From contig OZ316893.1 in the NCBI GenBank assembly GCA_973895155.1, positions 16,026,645 through 16,090,644 on the forward strand: 64,000 bases of DNA. Reading direction: 5' to 3'. Below are positions 26,480 to 38,386 of this stretch, piece after piece. The stretch comes from Marsupella aquatica (taxonomy: Eukaryota; Plantae; Marchantiophyta). How positions within the stretch are numbered: position 1 is the stretch's first letter; the number at the start of each line of letters is the position of its first letter. A program made the translations under genes and the position numbers. The notes beneath the pieces were generated by a model. The model saw only the letters and a program-made list of their open reading frames with translations. It made no database searches and was not told where the DNA came from.

Positions 26480-27900
26480 TTACATATAGCTCCTACGGTG
26501 GCTAGGTAGTTAGGCGGTTGGATTTGGCCTAACTGTAGTAGGGTTTAACCCTAGGTAGGGTAGGTTTAGGTATGGGTTATAACACTCCCCCTTGGGTGTA
26601 ACATGACCCGGGGTAATGTTGCAACCATCTAAAAACCTACTCTAATGTGTAATACATCCTAGTCATTTAAAGATTTATATTTAGGGAGGGAAATGTAACC
26701 TCATTAAAACCCCCTCTCGTTTCTTGTAGGGGGAAAGAGTGTTACCATTTCCTCCGAGCTATATTGTAATGTAAAGTTATTGTAGTATGTCAAAGAGAAA
26801 ATTGTTTAAGTGGGTTGTCACATAGACTATGTACCCATATCATTTTGGTCAGTAGCCATATTTTGTATGGTTCTACTCTAAGTTTCGTGTAAGTCCTTTG
26901 CAGTTCCAAAGTCGATCGTAGTGTGGGCTTAGGGCAGTAGAACTATGTGGGATTTGATAGTTAGTTTTGTTTACTCAAATTGTTTTGATGTAGTGCTCGA
27001 TGTTCGGGCCGCGTTTGTTGCCGTGTTTACGGTTATAGGGTGGAACGTGTGAGCTACTGCATTGGGGATGGTCGTTCTTGCTGAGGGCGGGCGCTTCTCC
27101 TCTCGGTGATGAGCTCGATGATTAGTGATCGAGATGCATGCGCGTCAAACGAGCTGTGATAAGGTTGGACTCTCGCTGCTTTGTAGTCGTGAATGTGTGT
27201 TGTGTGTATTCTGGTGACAAGGGTCGTTTTGCTCCCCCTGATGTGGTGTCTTCTTGTTGCTCCTTTGCGCATCTTGTTTGGTAGGGACTGATGGCTGTGT
27301 TTATAGTCTCATTATCTTGATCTTTGTGCAGCTGCGAGTTTTGCTATTATTCTCCCCCTAGGAAGAAGGCAAGTAGGTCGGCTGTAGTCCGAATACCTGG
27401 CGGGCTATCAATGAGTCCAATTCTAAGTGAATGGCCTGTTTCCATTCAGGCCAGTTGGGTTGAGCCTCAGCTTCTTTAATTGTTCGTGGATCCAGCAGTT
27501 CATCTTCGATCTACTGTGCTATGTGAAATGCAAATTGTTCATCTATCGTGGTATGCTCTCTGTCCCATACATGCCCGATTCTACCATAGTTGATTGATAT
27601 CTCTGCATTGTCTTTTGGTACATTTGGTTGGCTTGGAGTTTGATCTCTGGTCAATGTATTTGGTGCAGATATTGGGGCGGCTCTACGCTGTCTTGGCTGT
27701 CTGTCTGCAGATCCCAGTGGGCGGCCTAAACCCTAAACTCTTTGCTTTCGGGGCAGTCGCTGATGCTGGTAGGGTCTCCATTTGGATTTTGGATGGTGCA
27801 TTTGTTGTTGGGATGTGGGAGCGCGTCACTTGGGCGGCATCCATAAAGAAGTCTGGTAGGTGTTCTACCGTCCTCACCAGGTGCAAGATTCGTTGTACTT
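26480..27900 (-). mobile_element. internally deleted Ty1/Copia remnant, Bianca-like
   Basis: Minus peptide IDYGRIGHVWDREHTTIDEQFAFHIA..DELLDPRTIKEAEAQPNWPEWKQAIHLELDSLIARQVFG; 3' UTR motif CCTCATTAAAACC..GGGGGAAAGAGTG; PPT AAGGGGGAG abutting an LTR start TGTTATAAC at 26584. Confidence 0.7.
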
Positions 27901-28060
27901 CTTAGTTGAGGATTTTGTAGAAGATGTTTTTTTGTAAGGATTGAGTATGCAATGAAAGGAGTATTCTCAATCTTCATTGTGACCATTAAGTGTGAGTGCA
28001 TTTGAAATGTATGAGAGCAAGAGAAGTGTCCATGTTTGGGTGAAATCTTGGTCTAAGCTT

Positions 28061-28330
28061 GAAGGGGATGTGCTGGTACACAACCAAGGCCAGGGAGGCA
28101 AGGTTAAGGTGGAGCACTACTTTGGGACTTAGAGAGGATTGTATCTTGAGGATGGAAAGTACCTTGCCTTGAGTGAGAACAAGAGGGAAGAGTCCTTAGA
28201 GAGAAGAGTTGTCTCTAAGAGCTCAAAGGGGATGTGTGAGCCCAAACCAAGGCCAGGGGGGCAAGGTTAAAGGGTAACACTACTTTGAGGGTCTAAGGGG
28301 GACTTAAGCTTGAAGGGGAAAGTACTTTGG
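28061..28330. repeat. imperfect ~165-bp direct repeat (2 copies)
   Basis: AAGGGGATGTG..AACCAAGGCCAGGG.GGCAAGGTTAA..CACTACTTTG..AAAGTAC.TTG occurs twice. Confidence 0.7.
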
Positions 28331-28599
28331 GTTCTTGGGTATTTTGTGAGGGTCTACTCTAAGGTGATAGCTTGGAGTCGATATCCCCCTTGCTACTCCT
28401 TGGAGTAGAGGAGAGAGGAAGTGGGAGAGTGCAAAAGTAGTCACGGGGACTACCTCTCTAGAAGTGGAGAGCTGAAACTACTTATGTATGGTGTGATTTG
28501 AATTTGCAAGCATATTTCAGAAGTTTTGTCAATCCTTTGTGACCCTGGTATGACACGGAGCAGGTATTAGATAGTTTTTTTAGGATAAAAGTCACTTAA

Positions 28600-30239
28600 G
28601 CTCCTTGACAAGTGTTTGACATCTATCATTGGCCAGTTTCTCTCTTCTACCATATGTGCTACCACCCACCCACAAAATGTAGGCAGCATCGGGGCACAAT
28701 CTGTAAAAAACATATCATGCCTCAGTTATATAGTTGTCTAACATTGCTTGTAGCCTCCTCTAGGCTCCATTGTACCTGTGTAAACAATTTGGTGCTCCAA
28801 TCGCCCGAGTTATTTGCAATTTCCTTCAGAATGTTAATGCATTCAACCAAGGCAGCCTCCGGCTTGATACTCTCCGACATCGCACTTGATGGGCCTGCAC
28901 CATCCGTTTGCACCTCAGATCTATCTTCCCAAGAGTCCTTGTTTCACTAGTCACTCCCGTGTGTCCAGCCTGGGAAAATTTGTCAACTTGCTCAGCATTT
29001 GCAATAGCTTGACCCCTCCCCGCTATTGTACAATATCGAGAGTTCTGGTAGTACCGTTGATTCTCAATAGCAGGAGTTGCCATAAGATCAAAAGGAGGCT
29101 GAATTGCCTGTGACAGGTGCCGTAGTGTAGGTGACATTGGGCCTCAACCACCTCCAAGAAACAGAGAGCTACAAGAGCCTTGCCTACTGAATTGCTTGAT
29201 GCTAGGCTCTCTAGCAGAGGAAGGTAGTTGTCGGCCACCTATAGCTTCTTGTGTCCCAAAGGATTCATCTCGTCGTCCCCACTCTGCCCCTCCATTCTGT
29301 CTGTTTATGTTCATCAGTCATTTTTTGCTTGTCATAGTGGAACTGATAGTTCAATGCACAAACTTTATCTTACCTTAATAAGGAGAATGACACCAGGCCA
29401 CCTTCTGTTGATCCAAATGTCTGGCTTGCTCAATAAGGGAACCCACCACCAACACTTCTATTCCCCTCTTATTTAGATAGCATGCATCACATCAGTTGCA
29501 ATAGCAATCAATTCTCTGCTTCCAAGTCCCCATGGCTCGACAGAAATAGAAATCACGGGCGCATCAGCAGTATATATTACCTGTCTACCACAGTGGAAAG
29601 TAGTGCTTTCTTACCAACCAAACTTGAAATCATGCAAGTTTCTAGCCGCCGCCACTCTTTCTGATCCCAAGGATTCAGCCCCCACCACCAATGCTGCAAG
29701 TTGCAGTTCATAGCACCACGCCAATACAGAAGAAGAAATGCTCCACCGTGATGTCAGTGGAAGGCTTCCTGGCTTTCCACAAAAATCCTAGTAAAGCACC
29801 TCTCCAAACTCAATCTTACAAAAGTTCCAGTCCTGCAAGTATGGCATTTGAGTCTAGCCTCAAAGATGAAATCATCACACTCTCAGCCTCTCCTTCCACT
29901 CTTTGTTACTCTTTGTCCGTCCCCTTGGCCCATAAACCTAAAAACCTTTTACCGTCATCTTGGTTTGCTAATATTTCTCTTTTATCACTCCTAACTTGCA
30001 CTGCTATCTCCTTCGTCTTAAGCTTTGCACTCCTCAATACTCAAACACTCTTTACTTGTTCCATGATAATCTCAAGACCACAAACAATATGCATGAAGCT
30101 TTTGATGGACGGGAGTACTTTTTAAACCCTGCTATTACCTTTGACTGTCGTTGCTCTAAACAAGGTCATCATATTGTCGCTTAACTTAGTGTTGACCAAA
30201 AATCACCAAACGAAGTTTGTTGGATAGCAGATCCTCCTC
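28600..30239 (-). mobile_element. degenerate LINE ORF2 (RT C-terminal region)
   Basis: SDNMMTLF...KSFMHIVCGLEIIMEQ resembles ADD..LF...F...SGL.IN..K, followed by LERCF/FLW/GGGL-like motifs; many stops. Confidence 0.45.
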
Positions 30240-30244
30240 CCATC

Positions 30245-30683
30245 TGTTGAGCATAGACGACGATCGCAACGGCAAGCCCATGAACCATCCAACGCACAAT
30301 AGTCGACACAAGAGATACGTGGTTCACCTCCTTGAGGCTACGTCCACGGGAACACACAAGAGAGCTTTACTGAACTCTAAGCCCGTCGGCTATACCGAGT
30401 CTCCACAGTGTAAGCTCTCCCTATCTCTCAAGTGGCTCCATAACAATGAGCCTTGGTTCTACCTCTCCAAGCACACATGCCTCTTATGATATAGTGTGCA
30501 ACTTAGTTGTACCTAACCACATAGTTGTACCTAACCACATAGTTGTACCTAATCACGTAGTTGTACCTAACCACGTAGTTGTACCTAATCACGTAGTTGT
30601 ACCTAACCACGTAGTTGTACCAACCCACGTTGTTGTACCAACCACGTCATACCTAACCTAGACGTAAGAGTAAATACCCAACA
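30245..30683 (-). repeat. Copia 3' LTR
   Basis: TGTTGAGC...CCCAACA; PPT (minus AAGGGGAAGAT) adjacent at 30684-30694. Confidence 0.95.
30504..30646. promoter_or_regulatory. U3 tandem array, 8 x 18-bp TAGTTGTACCTAACCAC(A/G)
   Basis: Eight units, each with a GTAC core; many also have ACCTAAC and CACGT. Lies at the U3 end of the LTR. Confidence 0.85.
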
Positions 30684-30874
30684 ATCTTCCCCTTGACTCT
30701 GGTCTAGGGGAGAGTAATACTGCCAATGTATATGATCCCTCAGCGGGAAGTTCTGGACAGAAACCAAACCGGTTTCCCTCTCTAACTAGAGCAAACCAGA
30801 ACTAAGCCGTAGCCTAATACATAGGAATGAGGAAGAGCATATATCAGTAATTACAATGAATGTTTAAGAAAACT

Positions 30875-33800
30875 CTACTTGTGATGCAATTGCAAAACCT
30901 GCAATACGTCACGGTGTCTAGAGAAACTCTCCAAAGGAATCACTTTGGTAAATGCGTCAGCCGGGTTGAGTTTACCATCAATCTTGACTAGCTCAAACAA
31001 ATTATCAGACACAGCCTGCCTGATAAAATGGTACCTGACGTCAATGTGCTTCACTCTGCTGTCCATCACCTGGTTCACAGCAAGGTGGAGCGCACTTTGA
31101 CTATCACAATGGAGCTTCACATTCCCCTGTGGCAATCCCATTTCAGTGATAAGTCTATCCAACCAAATCGCTTCCTTTGCTGCTTCCGCAGCTGCAACAT
31201 ACTCCGCTTCTGTAGTAGACTGAGCAATACACTTCTGCAAAGTAGACCTCCAACTTATGCATCCACCGCCAAGTGTGAACACGTATCCTGTTGTTGATCT
31301 CCTTCGGTCCAAATCTTGTCCATAGTCAGAATCTACATAGCCAATCAATGATCTAGATTTCTTTGCATTCGCATCAAATAAAAGACCATGATCCACGGTA
31401 CCCTTCAAGTACCTGATAATCCACTTCACTGCTTCCCAGTGTACCTTCCCTGGATTCGACATGTACCTGCTCACCTTGCCCATAGCCATGGCAAGATCAG
31501 GTCTAGTGCAAGTCATCAAATACATGAGACTCCCCACTGCCTTGTCATATGGAACCTTTGACATCAACCCCTTCTCTGTGTCATCCGTAGGACAGAACGC
31601 TGATGATAACTTGAAGTGTGGAGCCAACGGGGTACTTACTGGCTTGCTATTCTCCATGTTGAACCTTGCAATTACCTTCCTCGCATAACTGCTCTGCATC
31701 AACCATAGCTTGCCAGCCTCCAAGTCCCTAGTGATCTCCATACCCAAAATCCTCTTAGCTGGCCCTAAGTCCTTCATCTTAAACTCTGCACTAAGCAGTG
31801 CCTTGAGCTTAACAATCTCAGACCTATCCTTGGCTGCAATTAGCATGTCATCCACATAAAGTACTAAAACAATGAACCCAAAGACAACATTCTTCACCGG
31901 TTTCAAATACACACAAGGGTCAAATACACTTCTGTGAAAACCTTGTGACCGAATCCAATCGTCAAACCGCTTGTTCCACTGTCTTGGTGACTGCTTCAAC
32001 CCATACAAGGATTTCAGCAATCTGCAAACCAATTCCTCCTGTCCTCTCTTCACAAAACCTAGCGGTTGTCTCATGAAGATCACCTCTTCCAATGTGCCAT
32101 AGAGGAAAGCTGTGACAACATCCATCTGATCTAGGAGTAGACCAAACATTACAACAAGTACACACAATAGTCGTATTGTAGAGTACTTAGCAACTGGTGA
32201 GAAGACCTCATTGTAATCCACACCTTTCTCTTGTGTGAATCCCTTTGCTACCAATCTAGCCTTGTAGACCTTCGATCCACCTCCTATGGAATTATCCTTC
32301 AGCTTGTAAATCCACTTGCTGTCCACCACTTGCTGACCCTTAGGCAGCTTAACAAGCTCCCAAGTTTTGTTGTCCTTTAGTGACTACATCTCCGTTTGCA
32401 TTGCTGCAGTCCACTTCTGCTTCTCCTTTGAAGCACTTGCCTCATGAAATGAAGAAGGTTCTCCTTCTTCCAAAATTAACGCATCACCCTCATCATCAGC
32501 TGTAAAATCATCCTCTTGCAGTTGAGATGAATCAACCCACTGTCCATACCTTGATGGAGCGCGTACAGTGCGACCAGATGTTCTTCTAGCCGATGACTCC
32601 GGTTGATCTACGTGTGCTGGTACAATTTGAAGCTCAACAGCATCCACTTGATGCTCACCAGCATCAACAAACTCCTCTGGTTCCTTTGGCACAGGAACCA
32701 GCTCCATAATTGGAGCAACTCCTTCTCTCCGGTCATGCACCTCATAACCAATCTCCCCCTCAACGAGATCCGGGATAGGAGATTTTCCTTTGTCAGTACG
32801 GGAGACCTGAGTATGCTCCCCCTCCTTTAATAATCTGGATTCATTGAAGGAAACATCCCTACTGACAACGAGCTTACAGGCAATAGGATCCCATAGCCTA
32901 TAGGCTTTCACACCACTCTGGTACCCAAGAAAAACACATTTCCTGGAGGTAGGATCCAACTTGGTCCTATTCTGCTTTGGTGTGAGAGCATATGCATCAC
33001 TTCCAAAAATTACCAAGCCATGATAGTCTGCTTGCCGCTTATAGCGCATCTCAAACGGCGTTTTGAAATTGATAGCACTAGAAGGAGAAAGATTTACCAA
33101 ATAAGCTGCGGTATTGACAACTTCTGCCCAAAATTCTTGTGGTAAACCTGATTGGCTCAACATACTCCGTGACCGCTCCAACAGTGTCCGATTGAGCCTC
33201 TCAGCGACACCATTCTGCTGCGGAGTATAAACTGTGGTGAGATGGCGAGTTATCCCCTGTTCTGAACAGTACTCTTCAAATTCCATTGAAGTGTACTCCC
33301 CGCCGTTGTCTGACCTCAGACTCTTCACCCTTGTATCCAAACACTTGATCGTGTTTCCAGTCTGATTCTCCACCTGGGCCTTCCACTTCTTAAAAATGGA
33401 CAAGACATCAGACTTATGCGTCATGAAATAAATCCACACAAATCTTGAGTAATCATCAATAAATGATACATAGTACAACTTTCCAGAGTGTGAGGGAGTC
33501 GGGGATGGACCCCACACGTCACTATGTATGTACTCAAGAACCGCTTTGGAACGATGAGTTCCAACACCAAAAGCACGACGATGCTGCTTTCCAAGAATGC
33601 AATGCTCACAAAACTCTAATTTACAAGATTGCAAATCAGAAATGAGTCCATTCTTCCGTAAGATAGCCAAACCCTTCTCACTCATGTGGCCTAGCCGTGA
33701 ATGCCACAGTTGAGTCATCTCCTCGTGAGACTTGGTTACATTGGCCTCTCCACATACAGTATTGCCCTGTAACACATACAAATTCTTTTGTCTACTCCCC

Positions 33801-34147
33801 TTCAAAATCACTGTCTCTCCCGACCTGACTTGAAGTTCACCATCAATAACGCTCCATTGATGACCATTTGAATCCAACACACCGAGTGAAATCAGATTCT
33901 TATGCATGCCAGGTACATACCTGACTCCGGACACTGTGCGCACAGCGCCATCAAACATTTGAATCTTCACAGACCCAATTCCCTCAATTTGACAGGAGTG
34001 ATCATTTCCCATCAGAACTGAACCGTTTGAAATAGAGTAAGAACTGAAAAACTCACGAATGTAACAAATATGAAAAGAGCAAGCACAATCAAGAATCCAC
34101 ACATCATCTGCTCTCCTAGATGACGTGCACAGGGCATACCCCCGGCT
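30875..34147 (-). CDS. pol: Copia Pol (protease, GAG-pre-integrase, integrase, RT, RNase H) with one internal TAG
   Basis: WILDCACSFH, LWHSRLGH..CEHC, IHSDVWGP, LRSDNGGEY, QQNGVAER, YKARLVAKG, LYVDDML, GYVDSD, NPADAFTK. Single in-frame TAG at 32384-32386 in EM*SLKDNKTWELV. Confidence 0.9.
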
Positions 34148-35182
34148 TCATAAAACATACTCATCATTGAGTAAATCAGCTTCTCCATCAGCCCTAGCCA
34201 CATTTGCCGATGAAGTTTCCGCTGCCTTTCCCTTACAGTCTCGCTTGAAGTGTCCAACTTGGTTGCACTTCCAACATGTCACCTGCCTCCTCTGAGGGGA
34301 TTTACCCTTGGACTTAGATCTGGATTTAGATCTAAACTGGGTTCTACGGTCCCCAGTTGGTCGCTGCATACTCCTCCCACGGTTAACATTGAGGGCAGCA
34401 CCAGATGATGAAGGCTGTGACGTGATGTGCATGTTCTGCTGAAGATCATCACTAAGCAGAGAACTTACCACGTCATTGTATGAAATGGTATCCCTATCAC
34501 GATGCAACAACACTCGTGATAGGGACTGGTAAGATGGAGGCAATGAACTAAGAAGCTGCAGAGCCTTCGTCTCATCATTCAAAGTCTCCCCAAGGTTTTC
34601 CAAGTCAACGACCATGTCGTTGAAAGCATCCACATGGTCTTGCAACTTCGTACCAGATTCCTTCATCCTGAAACTCATCAGTTTGTAGGAAGTGTAGAGC
34701 CGGTTCGACAACTCCTTGCGGTGATACTTGCTCTGCAATTCCGCAAATAAGGACATGCAATCCTTATGTGCACCCAACTGCTTGATGATGGGAGGCATGA
34801 GATAGAGTGTAACACACCACACTCCCTGCTCCTGCATGCGGTCCCATTGTTTCTCATCAACATCGTCTTCACGAGGGCTCAACAGTTGGCCCATCCCTGA
34901 CGCATAAAGCACTCCCTTCACCTGCTTCTCCCATAGCAAGTAGTCAGAGCGCCCATCATACTTTGTCACTTCATACTTGGGTCCCCCAAGCTTGAAAGTC
35001 CCCATCTTCTTCTTTACCGTGAGCTCCGGTAGTAGTACTGCTTCCTCCACCACACGCCGCACCGGTGATGGTATCGGTGTCACGTGCTCTTCCTCCTGCT
35101 CCTCTCTCTGCCCCTGAAACCTCCGCGGTGATCCTCGTGCTTCAAGTTCCACATCTTCGAAAAACTCCTCCGAATCACTCAT
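34148..35182 (-). CDS. gag: Copia Gag
   Basis: KYDGRSDYLLW, UBN2-type region (LQDHVDAFNDMVVDL..LLSSLPPSY), zinc knuckle CWKCNQVGHFKRDC; ends in a TGA in frame with pol. Confidence 0.93.
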   Translation of the reverse strand: MSDSEEFFEDVELEARGSPRRFQGQREEQEEEHVTPIPSPVRRVVEEAVLLPELTVKKKMGTFKLGGPKYEVTKYDGRSDYLLWEKQVKGVLYASGMGQLLSPREDDVDEKQWDRMQEQGVWCVTLYLMPPIIKQLGAHKDCMSLFAELQSKYHRKELSNRLYTSYKLMSFRMKESGTKLQDHVDAFNDMVVDLENLGETLNDETKALQLLSSLPPSYQSLSRVLLHRDRDTISYNDVVSSLLSDDLQQNMHITSQPSSSGAALNVNRGRSMQRPTGDRRTQFRSKSRSKSKGKSPQRRQVTCWKCNQVGHFKRDCKGKAAETSSANVARADGEADLLNDEYVL

Positions 35183-36322
35183 ATGAGAAAGTCACAAAAA
35201 ATGTTGTTTTTCACAACTTCTCAAAAAACTCGAAACTCAACACCGCCGCGTAGCCCACAAAGCTAGGAGTCCAATACTGAAAACCGAAATCAAAATCGAA
35301 ATTTGACGGAAAAGTTATTCAAATTTCGGTCGAGGTGGGTAAAACCTTGGGAAACTCCCCCGTTTTGACCACCTCAGGGAATAACCGAAATACCAAGTAC
35401 AACCCGTTGTCGGAATTGCGATGTGATTGGTGCGCTGCATTGCCAACTTCAATGGCTACGACCTCGCCGAAAAATAACCAAAAAAGTTACCGTTCGGCGG
35501 ATGAAATCTTTGTCGGACGGTCAAAAAATAGCTCTCTGGTTTTTTGGAATATTCTATGACCCTTGTACAGGCCCTATAGGAATTTTGGAAGAACAATCGA
35601 GGGGCTGACATGTGTCCTCGAACCCCCAAAACCCCCTACCACCCTTCGTCGTCGAAATCTGGTCGCGCGCGCAGAAAATACACACGGCAGAATGTACCCC
35701 TCGACACCAAACGCAAGATATCTCACTCGGGTTTTGACTAAATCAAGATCCGATTTCAGATTTGGAAACTAGACTCCGAGGTGATGAAGATCGATATAAG
35801 AAGCACCCAAAACGAGGAAAGAATGAGGGAGAAAAAAATTGGTAAAGATGACAGATTTCTCTCAATTGCCATAGCCAATTTCGAATCAGTTTTTCAAAGA
35901 GAAAAAAATGGTACCTTGTCAACAACGAATGTTGATCAATTGCACTTGGTGCCGTCACCAAGTCCAACAAGGTAATTGATTTTGCTTAGCCTTCCTCTTT
36001 GCATCAAAGAGCCAATCCCGGACTCAAAAACAATCGTCTTGCCTCAATCTCTCCGTTGAGTCAAAACACTTGACGATTCTCCCTCTGAGTCGATTGCCAA
36101 CTTTCTTCACAAAATCCAGAACGACGAAAACTTAGATCTCTCTGCACCACGAGCTCCGTTCAACGATTTCTTCACACCGTTAGAAAGCTCTTGCCCTGAT
36201 CTATCCGTTGAGCCCATAAACTCCAAGTTCCATGCGATGGAACTCTGGAAAATCCACCAACACTCAACGCTGGAAAAACCGTCATGAAATCCCGTCACGA
36301 ACACATGTCACCTCCCAAGCAT

Positions 36323-36334
36323 GCTCTGATACCA
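36323..36334 (-). other. primer-binding site (tRNA-iMet)
   Basis: Minus TGGTATCAGAGC, 2 nt inside the 5' LTR. Confidence 0.92.
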
Positions 36335-36336
36335 AT

Positions 36337-36775
36337 TGTTGAGCATAGACGACAATCGCAACGGCAAGCCCATGAACCATCCAACGCACAATAGTCGACA
36401 CAAGAGATACGTGGTTCACCTCCTTGAGGCTACGTCCACGGGAACACACAAGAGAGCTTTACTGAACTCTAAGCCCGTCGGCTATACCGAGTCTCCACAG
36501 TGTAAGCTCTCCCTATCTCTCAAGTGGCTCCATAACAATGAGCCTTGGTTCTACCTCTCCAAGCACACATGCCTCTTATGATATAGTGTGCAACTTAGTT
36601 GTACCTAACCACATAGTTGTACCTAACCACATAGTTGTACCTAATCACGTAGTTGTACCTAACCACGTAGTTGTACCTAATCACGTAGTTGTACCTAACC
36701 ACGTAGTTGTACCAACCCACGTTGTTGTACCAACCACGTCATACCTAACCTAGACGTAAGAGTAAATACCCAACA
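36337..36775 (-). repeat. Copia 5' LTR (with GTAC array at 36596-36738)
   Basis: Copy of 30245-30683. Confidence 0.95.
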
Positions 36776-38386
36776 CCATCTACTGTAGGAGGAAAACACT
36801 AGCAGATCACAATGATCGAGATTCCTAAACAAAACACCATCCCTACCTACACCATACCCTAGTTTGTTAGCTTTGCCAGTTCTTTAGTTCTTCAGTTTAG
36901 TTCTTTGAGACATCCAACTCTTACTACTCCTTTTATACTACTTATCTCCCTTTCTCTCCTTGTAGTTGGTGTGGGCAATCTTCACACAAGTTAATGCAAC
37001 ACACAAATAGAAAAATGACTCTAACTTATTGACTAAGTTATAACAGTGCAGCGTCCATCCAACCAGTACTTCTCATACACAAGATCTACAAACTAAGCCA
37101 AAAGGCCAACTCTATTCAGCTCATGAGTATGAGGAAGCCTTGGAGGAAACATGAATATACATAGGATCCACTGTATAACTAATCGATCTTGAGCTTCTTT
37201 TACTAAATGATCCTAGCCTAGCTGGTGCACTAAAAAACTTGCTTAAGAAAAAAGCACTGAACTCCCCACTACACAAGTATTTATCCTAGCAGCGCGCCTA
37301 CCGTCTCATTGTAGTGCAGGCCTAAGTCTATCCTAATTGTAATCTACCTATGTACAGCGGGGCATGAGCACAAGTGTTGCTTTTCTAGCGGACCGCAATC
37401 CCAACTAATCTAATGTCAGGGCCTCTTGTCCCTGATCTTAATCCTAATCCTAGAGGGTTGCGCCCGCCCTGCGCACTCATGCCTCCTTCTCCCATGTCCC
37501 GTCCTCCCTAAAAGAGATGGCCCTCCCCCACCGTCATGCCAGCGGTGGCTCATTCCCAATGGACGCCCCTAGTTCGCCTTCTTTGGCCAATGTCACAGGT
37601 CCGTCCTCTAAAAAATTACCTGCTTTTGACTAGGTCAACCCATACTTGGCGTTGTCTGGTTTGACCCCAGCCTTGGCCTCAAGTTTGGCTTCAGCTACCT
37701 TCTCGGCTTGTAGAAGTGGTGGGACCGTCATTGCAGTACTGGCCTTGGCAGTGCTGGCATCTGCCCCCTCCTTGTATTCGTCCTCCTCATAGGCTTGCCT
37801 ATGAGGTGGGTTGTTGCCTCCTCCCAAGGTTGCGTTTGATGAACATTGATGACCAACAACCTTGAGTTGACTCTAGTCATAGCCACTCCCAACTGGTCTT
37901 CCTGGCCAACTTCTACTACTGCCACCTTTAAGGCCACGACTTTGTATACTTAAGGCTGGTGCCAATGCTCTTTACCTTGGCCATGATGGCTTGGGGGAGT
38001 ACGGTTATTCCTGACCTAGAAGGTTTCCTCTTCTTCTTGTCCTTCCCTTCCAAGGCAGTCGACATGTACCCCTTGCCCTTTACTTCTCGCAAGGGTAAGG
38101 GTACCTCGACTGGTCTTTCAGCCAATACAACACCTGGAAACCTTGTTGTTGCCATTCGGGGTCTACTTGTTGGAGTTGGGCACTTCCTTTCTTTGGCTAG
38201 TTTCCTTAGCCGCTCCATTTGATTGTCCACCAGTCGCTGCAAGTTTTCCACCTTCCGCACGACGTCCTCCAACTCCTCCTAAGTCTTGTCCAACTCCTCT
38301 TGGGCGTCCTCCAACTCCTTCTCCAAAGCCGCCTTCTCCTCCTTGGCTTCCTTCAACTCCTTGTGGTGCATTGCAAGATTGAGGAC

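Larger units (their letters stand above)
30245..36775 (-). mobile_element. full-length Ty1/Copia LTR retrotransposon (Tnt1/Tork-like), recent insertion
   Basis: 439-bp TG...CA LTRs, one mismatch seen; TSD CCATC (30240-30244, 36776-36780); tRNA-Met PBS; PPT; domain order gag-PR-IN-RT-RH. Confidence 0.97.

Noticed and set aside
30504-30646. CRISPR-like appearance of the 18-bp array (and of the 80-bp array at 44361)
   Set aside because: Head-to-tail repeats with no unique spacers, no cas genes, and a eukaryotic context.
30446-30661. ORF with VVPNH peptide repeats (also 36538-36753)
   Set aside because: It is just a translation of the 18-bp U3 tandem array, on the antisense strand of the element.
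32384-32386. TAG between integrase and RT as a second recoding site
   Set aside because: It falls inside the conserved EMxSL..N.TW motif, lacks the CARYYA context, and is most simply a point mutation.
1-36775. Functional coupling between the SPL7 gene and the GTAC-rich Copia because of proximity
   Set aside because: They are ~26 kb apart and the insertion is recent. Any regulation would act in trans, so proximity is probably chance.
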